Position numbers and translations under genes: made by a program
Notes under the pieces: generated by a model
Seen by the model: only the letters and a program-made list of their open reading frames with translations
Databases searched by the model: none
Told to the model about the DNA's origin: nothing
Source of the DNA: an uncultured Acidobacteriota bacterium
GTDB taxonomy: Bacteria; Acidobacteriota; Terriglobia; Acidiferrales; UBA7541
Direction: 5' to 3'
DNA length: 64,000 bases
NCBI GenBank assembly: GCA_963814635.1
Contig: CAWFDP010000001.1
Coordinates: 145,250 to 209,249 of the forward strand
Shown here: positions 25,366-34,595 of the stretch, piece by piece
How positions within the stretch are numbered: position 1 is the stretch's first letter
Layout: each line of letters opens with the position of its first letter

Positions 25366-25694
25366 AGGTTGAGAGTTGTGAGATGCAATTTACAGGCCCG
25401 CGAACGCCGAGTCCAGAGCCTGTTGCGACTTTGGTAAGCTATTGATAAACCGGAGGTTACCAATATTCCCGGCTCTTGGTTGGCCGACCCAAGTTCATTC
25501 TGGTTATACCTTGGGAGGGCCAGGAGACCCGAAGATGGTGAATTTTGGGATAATGTGGATAGAACTTTTCCTCGCTGTGGATTACTGTTTTGGTGCGGAT
25601 TAGCAGATTTGAGACGATTTTCCCACCGCAAGCCGTAAGTTATTGAATTAAAATGGCTTATATTTCTGTTAAGACATAACCGAGATCGGGTGCA

Positions 25695-25710
25695 TGGAAC
25701 CCAGTTTGCT
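25695..25710 (+). promoter_or_regulatory. candidate sigma-54 (-24/-12) promoter of the chain-length-determinant operon
   Basis: TGGAAC-CCAGT-TTGCT, a 10 of 11 match with correct spacing, about 108 nt upstream of the ATG at 25818. Confidence 0.6.
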
Positions 25711-25817
25711 ATCTAAGGACATGGGTTGATGTGTTTTTCGACTGCTGGTGAAGAGAAGTGGCATGATGTCACAGCGTGATGGCGGCAAGCGGTTTAAGGG
25801 CATGACTAGAGGGCACG

Positions 25818-27341
25818 ATGGTCAGGAATGGCGAAATTAACGGTCCAGATGTAAAGCGCGCTATGCGCAGGCACTGGTGGGTTATCCCAGTGTCGGTTAT
25901 TGTTTTTGGTGCAATCGGGGTGCTGCTGGCGATGGCTTTGCCGAAGCGGTATACGTCGCAGACGGTAGTGTTGGTAACGCGGCCGACGGTCGGTCCAAAG
26001 TATGTTGATCCAGTGAGCACCGAAGATTTGAATCACCGGCTTTCCACAATGCAGGAACAGATCCTGAGCCGCAGCCGGCTGGAGCCGGTAATCCAAAAAT
26101 TCGGGTTGTACAAGGATGAAGTAGGCAAGGCACACATTGAAGATTTGGTGGAACGTTTAAGAAATACCATTTCGGTTTCGGCGCTGGAAGCGATGAGAGG
26201 TACCGAGGATCGCACGCTGCCGGGCTTTTACATCAACGTCAGTTTCAATGACCCGCAGCTAGCCCAGCAGATTTGTGCGGAAGTCACATCGATGTTCCTT
26301 TCCCAGAACGCTCTGGCCACGACCAAACAGGCCGAGGGAACTACCTCGTTCTTGAGTCAACAGCTCGATCAGGCCAAAGCAGCCCTCGATGAGCAGGACG
26401 CGAAACTGGCAAAACTAAAGAAGCAGTACATGGGTTCGCTGCCCGAAGAGGCCCAGAGCAACCTTAGCCTGCTGATGACCATGAATTCGCAACTAGAGGC
26501 GACGACCCAGACGTTGAGCCGGGCCCAGCAGGATAAAGTGTTAAATGAATCCATTCTTACCCAACAGCTTTCAAGCTGGCGATCCATGCAATCGTCGCCC
26601 GGCACGAACACCGAAACTCTGGAGCAACAATTAGGAGCTTTGCAGGATCAGCTCACGAATCTGGAATCGCGTTACACCGAGGAGCATCCGGACGTAATCA
26701 AAACCAAGAACCAAATCGCAGAGCTGAAGCGCCGGATGGCTTCGACAGGTTCGAAAGCAACCGAGACTCCGGCGGCAGCAGCGAATTCTCCGGAACCGCC
26801 ACAAATACAGCAGTTGCGCGCGAAGCTGAAACAGGACGAACTGGGAATTGCGGACCTTACGAAGCGGCAATCGCAAATTCAGGAGCAAATCCGCCAACTA
26901 CAGGGCAAAATCCAAGCCAGCCCGATGGTGGAAGAGCAGGTCAAGGAGCTGAGCCGGAGCTACCAAAGCGCGCAGGACTTCTACAACGAGTTGTTGAAGA
27001 AGCGGGAAAACTCAGCAATGGCTACGGACCTTGCCCATCAGCAGGAAGGCGAACAATTCCGAGTATTGGACCCACCGAGTCTGCCGATTAAGCCTTCGTT
27101 TCCGAAAAAGGCGTATTTTGGCGGCGGAGGACTGGGTTTTGGGTTGGTGGCGGCACTTGGAATTCTGTACGTTCTCATTGCGACCGATCGAAGTCTGTAC
27201 ACCGAGCGAGATGTGGAAATCAGCTTGAAGCTTCCGGTGTTAACGACGGTACCGTCATTTGTGATTGCCGCGAACGCTGATCTATCGCAGGGCGGCGCCA
27301 CAAATGGAAACGGGGCCTCCCAGATGAGTCTGCGAAATTGA
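25818..27341 (+). CDS. polysaccharide chain-length determinant (Wzz/GumC/EpsF-like)
   Basis: 507-aa ORF with an N-terminal TM (WWVIPVSVIVFGAIGVLLAMAL), a long coiled-coil periplasmic region and a C-terminal TM (GGLGFGLVAALGILYVLIA). A GAGGG SD lies upstream. Confidence 0.85.
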   Translation: MVRNGEINGPDVKRAMRRHWWVIPVSVIVFGAIGVLLAMALPKRYTSQTVVLVTRPTVGPKYVDPVSTEDLNHRLSTMQEQILSRSRLEPVIQKFGLYKDEVGKAHIEDLVERLRNTISVSALEAMRGTEDRTLPGFYINVSFNDPQLAQQICAEVTSMFLSQNALATTKQAEGTTSFLSQQLDQAKAALDEQDAKLAKLKKQYMGSLPEEAQSNLSLLMTMNSQLEATTQTLSRAQQDKVLNESILTQQLSSWRSMQSSPGTNTETLEQQLGALQDQLTNLESRYTEEHPDVIKTKNQIAELKRRMASTGSKATETPAAAANSPEPPQIQQLRAKLKQDELGIADLTKRQSQIQEQIRQLQGKIQASPMVEEQVKELSRSYQSAQDFYNELLKKRENSAMATDLAHQQEGEQFRVLDPPSLPIKPSFPKKAYFGGGGLGFGLVAALGILYVLIATDRSLYTERDVEISLKLPVLTTVPSFVIAANADLSQGGATNGNGASQMSLRN

Positions 27342-27366
27342 CGAAACGGATTGAATCGAGGAAAAG

Positions 27367-28266
27367 ATGAGCCGTATCCACGAGGCACTCAAGAAGGCGG
27401 CGCAGGAACGATCGGCCCAGCTGGCCGCGGGAATCCAGCCAGATATCGCTGTTGAAATTGGGGCGGGATTGCCGTCGAACAGGGAAGCGAGCAGGAATTC
27501 GTTGGCGGACCTGTCGGCGCCGCAGACTTCCGAGTTCTTGCGGTACGAGCAGCTGGTCGAACATTGTGCCCATCCTAAATGGCGCATTGATTCCAGATCG
27601 AGCGTTTTTGACGGAGCGGTGCCAAACGCGATGGGCGCGGAAAGATTCCGGACCTTGCGCTCGCGTCTCTATCAGATTGCGGCCACCAGGCCCTTGCGAC
27701 GAATACTAATCACAAGCAGTGTAGCGGCGGAAGGCAAGACGTTCATTGCAGCAAATCTCGCGCAATCCATGGTACGCCAGCCCGACCGTCGGGTACTGTT
27801 GATTGACGCGGACTTGAGAGCATCCCGATTGCATTTGGCACTGGGTGCTCCCAATAAGCCAGGTCTCACCGACTACCTTCGCGGCGATGTGGACGAATAC
27901 GGCGTGATCCAAAAGGGATCAGATTTTAACTTATGCCTCATCGCTGGCGGACAGTCGGTTTCGAACCCCAGCGAACTGTTGTTTAGCCCCCGGTGGCAAC
28001 AGCTGTTGGACAGGGTCACTCCAGTTTTTGACTGGATCATTATCGATTCGCCTCCCGCTCTGCCGGTGCATGACGCCAGTAGTATTGCCGACAGCTGCGA
28101 CGGTGTACTTTTCGTAGTACGGGCGGGCTCAACCGAGGTCGAACTGGCGGAAAAAGCCGCCACCGAATTCCACGATAAAAAGCTGCTGGGAGTCGTCCTC
28201 AATCGAGTAGACCTTGCCGATGCACCCAACGACTATTACTACGGATATAATTCAACTTCAGACTAA
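27367..28266 (+). CDS. BY-kinase-type protein tyrosine kinase (EpsG/CapB-like)
   Basis: Walker A ITSSVAAEGKT, Walker A-prime LLIDADLR and Walker B IIIDSPP. The C-terminus has a Tyr cluster (DYYYGY). Confidence 0.85.
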   Translation: MSRIHEALKKAAQERSAQLAAGIQPDIAVEIGAGLPSNREASRNSLADLSAPQTSEFLRYEQLVEHCAHPKWRIDSRSSVFDGAVPNAMGAERFRTLRSRLYQIAATRPLRRILITSSVAAEGKTFIAANLAQSMVRQPDRRVLLIDADLRASRLHLALGAPNKPGLTDYLRGDVDEYGVIQKGSDFNLCLIAGGQSVSNPSELLFSPRWQQLLDRVTPVFDWIIIDSPPALPVHDASSIADSCDGVLFVVRAGSTEVELAEKAATEFHDKKLLGVVLNRVDLADAPNDYYYGYNSTSD

Positions 28267-28405
28267 TAATAATTATGGCCTTTTAGGCCCTGCGGCTGCA
28301 AAGAGACAGTTTCACAGCGAAACTGAGAGGGGTCCTACTGCGCCCGTAGCCCACTTGTACTAGAGGTACTGTGAAAATTTTTTTGAAGAATCTGGCTGGA
28401 ATTTG

Positions 28406-28435
28406 TTGCCAGAAAATCCTCGAAATCGCTATACT
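28406..28435 (+). promoter_or_regulatory. possible sigma-70 promoter (TTGCCA-N18-TATACT)
   Basis: Read directly, about 115 nt upstream of the ATG at 28551. Confidence 0.3.
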
Positions 28436-28550
28436 CACTGCACGTTGCCCAGTCAGTTCCGCAGGGGCGCGGTGATTGGTTCCACTCAATAAGCAATCGC
28501 CCGCTCTTTCTAGTTGTACAAAAAATTAGGTCACTCAAGGGGTGTTTTTC

Positions 28551-31500
28551 ATGAGTTTTCGGCGGAGAAAACTGGGTAGGTATATTCTTGGCTGCGCGAT
28601 CTTTTGTACGCTCTCCTCAACAGCGAAGTCGCAAGTAAATGTAACTACTCATCATAACGATATCGCCAGAACTGGCGCGAATACCGCCGAGACGGTTCTT
28701 ACCCCGCAAAATGTAAACACCACGCAATTCGGGAAGCTCTTTTCTCACCCTGTCAACGGCCAGGTTTACGCGCAGCCCCTTTATGTGGCGGGCGTGACCA
28801 TGGGAGCCGGGACACCGCAATCCGGAACTACACATAATGTCGTCTTCGTGGCCACTGAACACGACAGCGTTTACGCGTTTGACGCGGACAACATTACAGG
28901 CGCGAACGCCAATCCGCTGTGGGCGATTTCGCTGCTCGATTCGGCGCACGGCGCAACCTCCGGCGCGACCACATTACCGAGCGACGATGTCGGCAATGCG
29001 GCTTTGCTTCCGGAGATCGGGATCACCTCGACGCCGGTCATCGACACCACGACTCACACGATTTACGTTCTCGGAGTAACCAGGGAATCGGTCGGGACCG
29101 GCTGTTCCTCTAGCTCCTACTGCTACGTGCATAGGCTGCATGCGCTGGATATTTCGACTGGAGCGGAGAAATTCGGCGGACCAACGACGCTGTCCGGATC
29201 GGTGGCGGGGCTCGGGACAGGAAGCTCTGGCGGCATTCTGAAGTTCGACTCGAAGTGGCACCTTAGCCGGGCAGGCCTGCTGCTGTTGAACGGCATCGTG
29301 TATATGTCGTTTGCATCGCACAACGACAACGGGCCATGGCATGGGTGGATCTTCGCCTACAACGCCGCAACCATGCAGCAGACCGGTGCGTGGTGTGCTT
29401 CACCGAACGGAAGTAATGGGGGAATCTGGCTGTCGGGAGGAGGGCTGGCGGCAGAGGTGATCGATCCCGTGAACCACCCATACGGCCGCATGTATACCGC
29501 AACCGGAAACGGTACGTTCGATGCTGTGCCGCCGTATTCGAACAGCCAGGATTTTGGAGATTCGCTGATCAAGCTGGATTTGGCAAACGGCGTACCAACG
29601 ATGAATTCCGGCGGAACGGTCGTTGGAGACGATTTCACTCCGTATAACCAAGCCACCCTGGAAACTGCCGATACCGACCTGGCATCGGGCGGAGTGCTGA
29701 TCCTGCCGGACCAGACTAGCGGCGGACATACTCATCTGCTCTTCCACGTTTCGAAGGAAGCGAAGCTGCGCTTGGTCGACCGCGACAATATGGGCGGGTA
29801 CAACAGCGGAGGCAGCAGCAATCCACAGATCGTGCAAGAGGTTTTTGGGTTGATGAGCGGTGTGTGGAGTGCGCCGGCGTATTGGAACGGCAAAGTTTAT
29901 GTGAGCGACGCCGGCAGCAATATTTTCGCTTTTCCGTTAGTGAGCGGGCGGCTTAATACCACCAGCTATCAGGACATACATATCGGGACGACCTACTTTC
30001 CAGGCGTCATCCCGACGATCTCGGCGAACGGGACAAGCAACGGCATACTTTGGGGGGTTCGCACAGAATTCTATAACGTCCCGGGGCCTTCGATCCTGTA
30101 CGCGTTCGACGCGACCAATATTGCGACCAAGTTGTATTCGAGCGACCAAAATGCATCTCGAGACACACCGGGCAATGCCGTCAAGTTTGCGGTGCCCACG
30201 GTAGTTCAAGGCAAAGTGTATGTGGGAACTGCGGCTGAGGTGAGCGCCTATGGCCTATTAAATGGCGCGACACAAACCGCAACGCCGGTCTTTAGCCCGT
30301 CCTCACAGTCCTTCGCACCTAGCATCCAGATAACAATGACCGACGGTACGTCCGGAGCGGCGATCTATTACACGACGGACGGAAGTACGCCGAGCACCAG
30401 TTCGACGGCTTACAGCGGGCCGTTCACGCTGAATTCGACGACAACCGTGAACGTCATCGCAATTGCCAGCGGATTTCTGGCGAGTCCCGTTGCTACGGCG
30501 ACGTATACGCTGAGTACCCAGGCAGTTATGCCGGTATTCAATCCTCCTCCGGGATCTTATAGTTCGGAGCAATCGGTTTCGATAAGCTCCACGACACCAA
30601 ACTCGACCATTTACTATACGACCGACGGCAGCACTCCGACGACGTCGAGCACCCGCTACACCGGACCAGTGGTGATTGCGCTGGACACTTCAGTGACGTT
30701 ATCGGCGATTGCGGCGGCGAGCGGATTGAGTAATAGCCCAGTAGCGAGGGGGGTGTACAACCTTACTTCTCCGGCGGCCACGCCAGTGTTAAGTCCGGGG
30801 CAGGGGACGTACGCAGCGGGGCAGCAGGTGACGATCAGTGATGCGACAGACGGAGCGACGATTTATTACACGACGAATGGTGTAGGGCCGACCACGTCGT
30901 CGACGTTGTATACCGGCCCGATCACCGTGAATTCTTCGGAGACGATCCAAGCGATTGCGGTGGCGGCGGAGTTTTCGCAGAGCGCGATTGGGAGTGCTAC
31001 GTATACGATCACCACGTCAGCGACGGCGACGCCGACGTTTAGTCCGGCGGGAGGGTCGTACACAACGACGCAGACGGTGACGATCAGCGATGCGACGAGC
31101 GGGGCAACGATCTATTACACGACGAATGGAACGACGCCGACGACGGGGTCAACAGTGTATGCGGGCCCGATCACGGTGAGCGCAACCGAGACGATCGAAG
31201 CGATCGCGGTAGCGTCAGGGCATACGCAGAGCGCGGTTGGGAGTGCGGCATACAACATAGGGGCCGGTGGCCCAGCGGCGACGCCGAAGTTGACACCGGG
31301 GCAGGGGACGTACGCAGCGGGGCAGCAGGTGGCGATCAGTGATGCCACGCCTGGAGCGACGCTTTACTACACGACGAACGGCGTAGGGCCGACGACGTCG
31401 TCGGCGGTGTATACGGGTCCGATCACAGTGAATTCTTCGGAGACGATACAGGCGATCGCGGTGGCGACAGGATTTACGCAAAGCGCGATTGGCAGTGCGA

Positions 31501-33530
31501 CGTACACGATTAGCACATCGGCAGCGGCGACGCCGACGTTCAGTCCGTCGGGCGGAACGTACACCACGGCGCAGACGGTGACAATTAGCGATACGACCAG
31601 TGGAGCGACGATCTACTACACGACGAATGGGACGACACCGACGACGGGTTCAGCAGTTTACACAGGGCCGATCACGGTTAGTGCGACGGAGACGATCGAA
31701 GCGATCGCGCTAGCGACGGGGTACGCGCAGAGCCCGATAGGGATTGCCACGTACACGATCAGCACTTCGGCGACGGCGACACCGACGTTCAGTCCGTCGG
31801 GCGGGACGTACTCGACGGCGCAGACGGTGACGATCAGCGATACGACGAGCGGGGCGACGATTTATTACACGACGAATGGGACGACGCCAACGACGTCTTC
31901 GACACCGTACAGCAGCCCGATTACGGTGAGTGCGACGGAGACGATTGAAGCGATTGCGGTGGCGTCAGGACACACGCAGAGCGCGGTAGGGAGCGCGGCA
32001 TACACCATAGCGACGGGCGGTCCAGCGGCGACGCCGAAGTTGACACCAGGGCAGGGGACGTACGCAGCCGGGCAGCAGGTGACGATCACTGATGCGACGC
32101 CTGGAGCGACGCTTTACTACACGACGAACGGCGTAGGGCCGACAACGACGTCGGCGGTGTATACGGGTCCGATCACCGTGAATTCTTCGGAGACGATCGA
32201 AGCGATCGCGGTGGCGACGGGATTTACCCAGAGCGCGATTGGCAGTGCGACGTACACGATCAGCACATCGGCAGCGGCGACGCCGACGTTCAGTCCGTCG
32301 GGCGGAACGTACGCAACGGCGCAGACAGTCACGATCAGCGACGCGACGAGCGGAGCGACGATCTATTACACGACGAATGGGACGACGCCAACGACGTCTT
32401 CGACGCAGTACAGCGTGCCCATTACGGTAAGCGCAACCGAGACGATCGAAGCGATTGCGGTGGCGTCAGGACACACGCAGAGCGCGGTAGGGAGCGCGGC
32501 ATACACCATATCGACGGGGGGGGCAGCAGCGACGCCGAGGCTGACACCGGGGCAGGGAACGTACGCTGCAGGGCAGCAGGTGACGATCAGTGATACAACG
32601 ACCGGAGCGACCATTTATTACACGACAAATGGGGTAGGGCCAACGACGTCTTCGACGCTGTACACCGGTCCGATCACGGTGAACGCGACGGAGACGATAC
32701 AGGCGATCGCGGTGGCGACAGGATATACGCAGAGCGCGATTGGCAGTGCGACGTATACGATCACCACGTCAGTGGCGGCAACGCCGACGTTCAGCCCATC
32801 GGGCGGAACCTACACAACGGCGCAGACGGTGACGATCAGTGATACGACGAGCGGGGCGACGATTTACTACACGACGAATGGGACGACGCCGACGACAGCG
32901 TCAGCAGTGTATTCCGGGCCGATTACGGTAAGCGCAACCGAGACGATCGAAGCGATCGCGGTGGCGACGGGATATACACAGAGCGGTGTGGGGAGCGCGG
33001 CATACACGATAACTACAGGGAGTCAGGCAGCGACGCCGATATTAAGTCCGGGGCAGGGAACGTACGCGGCAGGACAACAGGTGACGATCAGTGATGCGAC
33101 CAGCGGAGCGACGATTTATTACACGACAAATGGGGTAGGGCCGACGACCTCTTCGACGTTGTATACCGGTCCGATCACGGTGAATGCGACGGAGACGATA
33201 CAGGCGATCGCGGTGGCGACAGGATATACGCAGAGCGCGATTGGCAGCGCTACGTACACGATCAGCACCGCGACTCCAGCAGCGACGCCGAAGCTGACAC
33301 CAGCGCAGGGGACGTATTCGGCAGGGCAGCAGGTGACCATCAGTGATGCAACGATCGGAGCGACGATCTATTACACGACGAACGGCGTACGGCCGACGAC
33401 TTCCTCGGCGGTGTACACAGGGCCGATTACGGTGAATAAGATGGAGACGATCGAGGCGATCGCGGTAGCTCCGGGATACACGCAGAGCGCCGTCGGAAGT
33501 GCGACCTACAAAATTACGGGGCAAAAGTGA
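28551..33530 (+). CDS. giant secreted protein: N-terminal PQQ-like beta-propeller plus 13 tandem chitobiase/hexosaminidase-C-terminal-like (Fn3-associated) repeats
   Basis: The start is set at ATG 28551 (AAGGGG SD 9 nt upstream); the track ORF begins at GTG 28542. A signal peptide is present. The propeller part resembles Acidobacterial PQQ-like proteins (HNVVFVATEHDSVYAFDAD). Repeats have the form ATPxFSPxGGTYxxAQTVTISDxTSGATIYYTTNGTTPTT.S..Y.GPITV...ETIEAIA. Confidence 0.85.
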   Translation: MSFRRRKLGRYILGCAIFCTLSSTAKSQVNVTTHHNDIARTGANTAETVLTPQNVNTTQFGKLFSHPVNGQVYAQPLYVAGVTMGAGTPQSGTTHNVVFVATEHDSVYAFDADNITGANANPLWAISLLDSAHGATSGATTLPSDDVGNAALLPEIGITSTPVIDTTTHTIYVLGVTRESVGTGCSSSSYCYVHRLHALDISTGAEKFGGPTTLSGSVAGLGTGSSGGILKFDSKWHLSRAGLLLLNGIVYMSFASHNDNGPWHGWIFAYNAATMQQTGAWCASPNGSNGGIWLSGGGLAAEVIDPVNHPYGRMYTATGNGTFDAVPPYSNSQDFGDSLIKLDLANGVPTMNSGGTVVGDDFTPYNQATLETADTDLASGGVLILPDQTSGGHTHLLFHVSKEAKLRLVDRDNMGGYNSGGSSNPQIVQEVFGLMSGVWSAPAYWNGKVYVSDAGSNIFAFPLVSGRLNTTSYQDIHIGTTYFPGVIPTISANGTSNGILWGVRTEFYNVPGPSILYAFDATNIATKLYSSDQNASRDTPGNAVKFAVPTVVQGKVYVGTAAEVSAYGLLNGATQTATPVFSPSSQSFAPSIQITMTDGTSGAAIYYTTDGSTPSTSSTAYSGPFTLNSTTTVNVIAIASGFLASPVATATYTLSTQAVMPVFNPPPGSYSSEQSVSISSTTPNSTIYYTTDGSTPTTSSTRYTGPVVIALDTSVTLSAIAAASGLSNSPVARGVYNLTSPAATPVLSPGQGTYAAGQQVTISDATDGATIYYTTNGVGPTTSSTLYTGPITVNSSETIQAIAVAAEFSQSAIGSATYTITTSATATPTFSPAGGSYTTTQTVTISDATSGATIYYTTNGTTPTTGSTVYAGPITVSATETIEAIAVASGHTQSAVGSAAYNIGAGGPAATPKLTPGQGTYAAGQQVAISDATPGATLYYTTNGVGPTTSSAVYTGPITVNSSETIQAIAVATGFTQSAIGSATYTISTSAAATPTFSPSGGTYTTAQTVTISDTTSGATIYYTTNGTTPTTGSAVYTGPITVSATETIEAIALATGYAQSPIGIATYTISTSATATPTFSPSGGTYSTAQTVTISDTTSGATIYYTTNGTTPTTSSTPYSSPITVSATETIEAIAVASGHTQSAVGSAAYTIATGGPAATPKLTPGQGTYAAGQQVTITDATPGATLYYTTNGVGPTTTSAVYTGPITVNSSETIEAIAVATGFTQSAIGSATYTISTSAAATPTFSPSGGTYATAQTVTISDATSGATIYYTTNGTTPTTSSTQYSVPITVSATETIEAIAVASGHTQSAVGSAAYTISTGGAAATPRLTPGQGTYAAGQQVTISDTTTGATIYYTTNGVGPTTSSTLYTGPITVNATETIQAIAVATGYTQSAIGSATYTITTSVAATPTFSPSGGTYTTAQTVTISDTTSGATIYYTTNGTTPTTASAVYSGPITVSATETIEAIAVATGYTQSGVGSAAYTITTGSQAATPILSPGQGTYAAGQQVTISDATSGATIYYTTNGVGPTTSSTLYTGPITVNATETIQAIAVATGYTQSAIGSATYTISTATPAATPKLTPAQGTYSAGQQVTISDATIGATIYYTTNGVRPTTSSAVYTGPITVNKMETIEAIAVAPGYTQSAVGSATYKITGQK
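30774..33527 (+). repeat. 11 near-identical in-frame tandem repeats of about 249-252 bp (two subtypes) inside 28551..33530
   Basis: The landmark string TGACACC(G/A)GGGCAGGGGACGTACGCAG recurs at offsets of 501, 750, 501, 501 and 252 bp (positions about 30797, 31291, 32041, 32542, 33043 and 33295). Two more diverged copies lie at about 30283..30773. Confidence 0.9.
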
Positions 33531-33577
33531 CGCCGACGTCCGCGGCTAATTAGACGAGACGATCTCTGCAGGTCGAA

Positions 33578-33655
33578 TCAGGCGTCGGTCCGGACCAGTA
33601 TGTCCCCGTACGTCTTCCGCTTCTGGAACTCGGCAGTTCCCAAGAAGTGCGCCAT
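33578..33655 (-). other. 25-codon ORF, copy A (MAHFLGTAEFQKRKTYGDILVRTDA), within a duplicated 95-bp block
   Basis: Its ATG and TGA align exactly with copy B. Most differences between the copies are synonymous in this frame. See findings. Confidence 0.3.
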
Positions 33656-33843
33656 ATCCTCACTGGAAGCCCAACGAGGAAATCATGTCTGGCCTGTCCA
33701 CTATTCCACAGCGCAGACGTTCTTGACTTGCCCATTTTACTTTGTTACGCGTTATTGGCGCAGTATCTCACGCTTGCTCGATATGACTGCCTCAATCCTG
33801 TGCAAAGTCCCTGGGTGCTGCAGTTAGGCGCTCTTCCTTTTTA

Positions 33844-34428
33844 GTGGTAACCCTTTGTTTGTGTTCTATTTCTCGTGCCGACTCGATTGGCGCAAGTGGA
33901 ACCTACCTGATCTTTGGCTCTGCGACTCTCGTCGGAAGTGTGGCGACGGGTTGCGGTTCATCATCTTGCGTAGAGACATTACAATTCTCCGTCGTGATGC
34001 GAGTCTTCGATGACGGATCAGACTTGTGCAATGGACCGTGTTACGTACCGGAAATCATCGGAGGACCGGGTGTTACGGCGGCGATCGGGCCGATCAGCGG
34101 CCCATGGATGGTTAATCGCGGAAATCCGAGCGGTGACCAGTTTTTTACGATCTATAGCCCGACATTTGAGCTTGACCTGTTAGGGTCTTATTCCAATAAC
34201 TTCTTTCCCCAATCTGGCACCGGGACCGACCAAGCCTTTGTGTGTAGCGATCCGGCCTGCCTGAATTTCTTTGGCCAGCAATGGTCTGAGGTGTATTACG
34301 GCACGACCGGTTACTTCACCTCGACGGTCACGCAGGCGCCAGAGCCGTCAACGATGCCGCTACTCCTTGTTGGTCTCCTCGCTGTTTTTGCAGCTTTCGT
34401 TAACTGGAGACAGTCGCAGCGAACGTAG
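33844..34428 (+). CDS. PEP-CTERM sorting-domain protein, Cys-rich
   Basis: The C-terminus VTQAPEPSTMPLLLVGLLAVFAAFVNWRQSQRT has a PEP motif, a TM helix and a basic tail. The start is problematic: GTG 33844 gives a very short signal, while in-frame CTG 33811 would give a canonical one. Confidence 0.8.
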   Translation: MVTLCLCSISRADSIGASGTYLIFGSATLVGSVATGCGSSSCVETLQFSVVMRVFDDGSDLCNGPCYVPEIIGGPGVTAAIGPISGPWMVNRGNPSGDQFFTIYSPTFELDLLGSYSNNFFPQSGTGTDQAFVCSDPACLNFFGQQWSEVYYGTTGYFTSTVTQAPEPSTMPLLLVGLLAVFAAFVNWRQSQRT

Positions 34429-34517
34429 AGAAAAACCAAAAATCGAAGCGCAGACGCATTCCCGAAATGAAGAGTCAGAAGTAGATCCCTGGTCCGCCTC
34501 GGACGGTGAGTACGGAC

Positions 34518-34595
34518 TCAGGCGTCTGTCCGGATTAGAATGTCGCCGTAGGTTTTCTTGCTCTGGAACGCGGTGGTTCCGAAGAACCTAACCAT
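34518..34595 (-). other. 25-codon ORF, copy B (MVRFFGTTAFQSKKTYGDILIRTDA)
   Basis: Paralog of 33578..33655. See findings. Confidence 0.3.

Noticed and set aside
25384-25399. GGGCCTGTAAATTGCA (minus strand) as a sigma-54 promoter for the TPR lipoprotein gene
   Set aside because: It matches only 8 of 11 positions and would leave a leader of about 9 nt with no SD before the ATG at 25365. It is kept only as a weak possibility.
28393-28410. TGGCTGGAATTTGTTGCC upstream of the giant gene as a sigma-54 promoter
   Set aside because: Either GG gives the wrong distance to the GC (8 or 12 nt instead of 10). A sigma-70-like TTGCCA-N18-TATACT overlaps it instead.
30866-33524. Series of 60-160-aa minus-strand ORFs inside the repeat array (30866..31063, 31115..31348, 33042..33524 and similar), and the idea that the array is a CRISPR
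   Set aside because: They recur only because the coding repeat recurs. The array has no spacer/repeat alternation (units are about 250 bp and contiguous) and is one continuous 1660-aa reading frame.
33600-33827. Plus-strand reading of the duplicated 95-bp block (ORFs 33600..33827 and 34271..34591)
   Set aside because: The two copies are also similar in this frame (MSPYVFRFWNSAVPKK versus MSP*VFLLWNAVVPKN), but copy B has an in-frame TAG at the fourth codon and similarity does not respect these ORF boundaries. The minus-strand 25-codon frame fits better.
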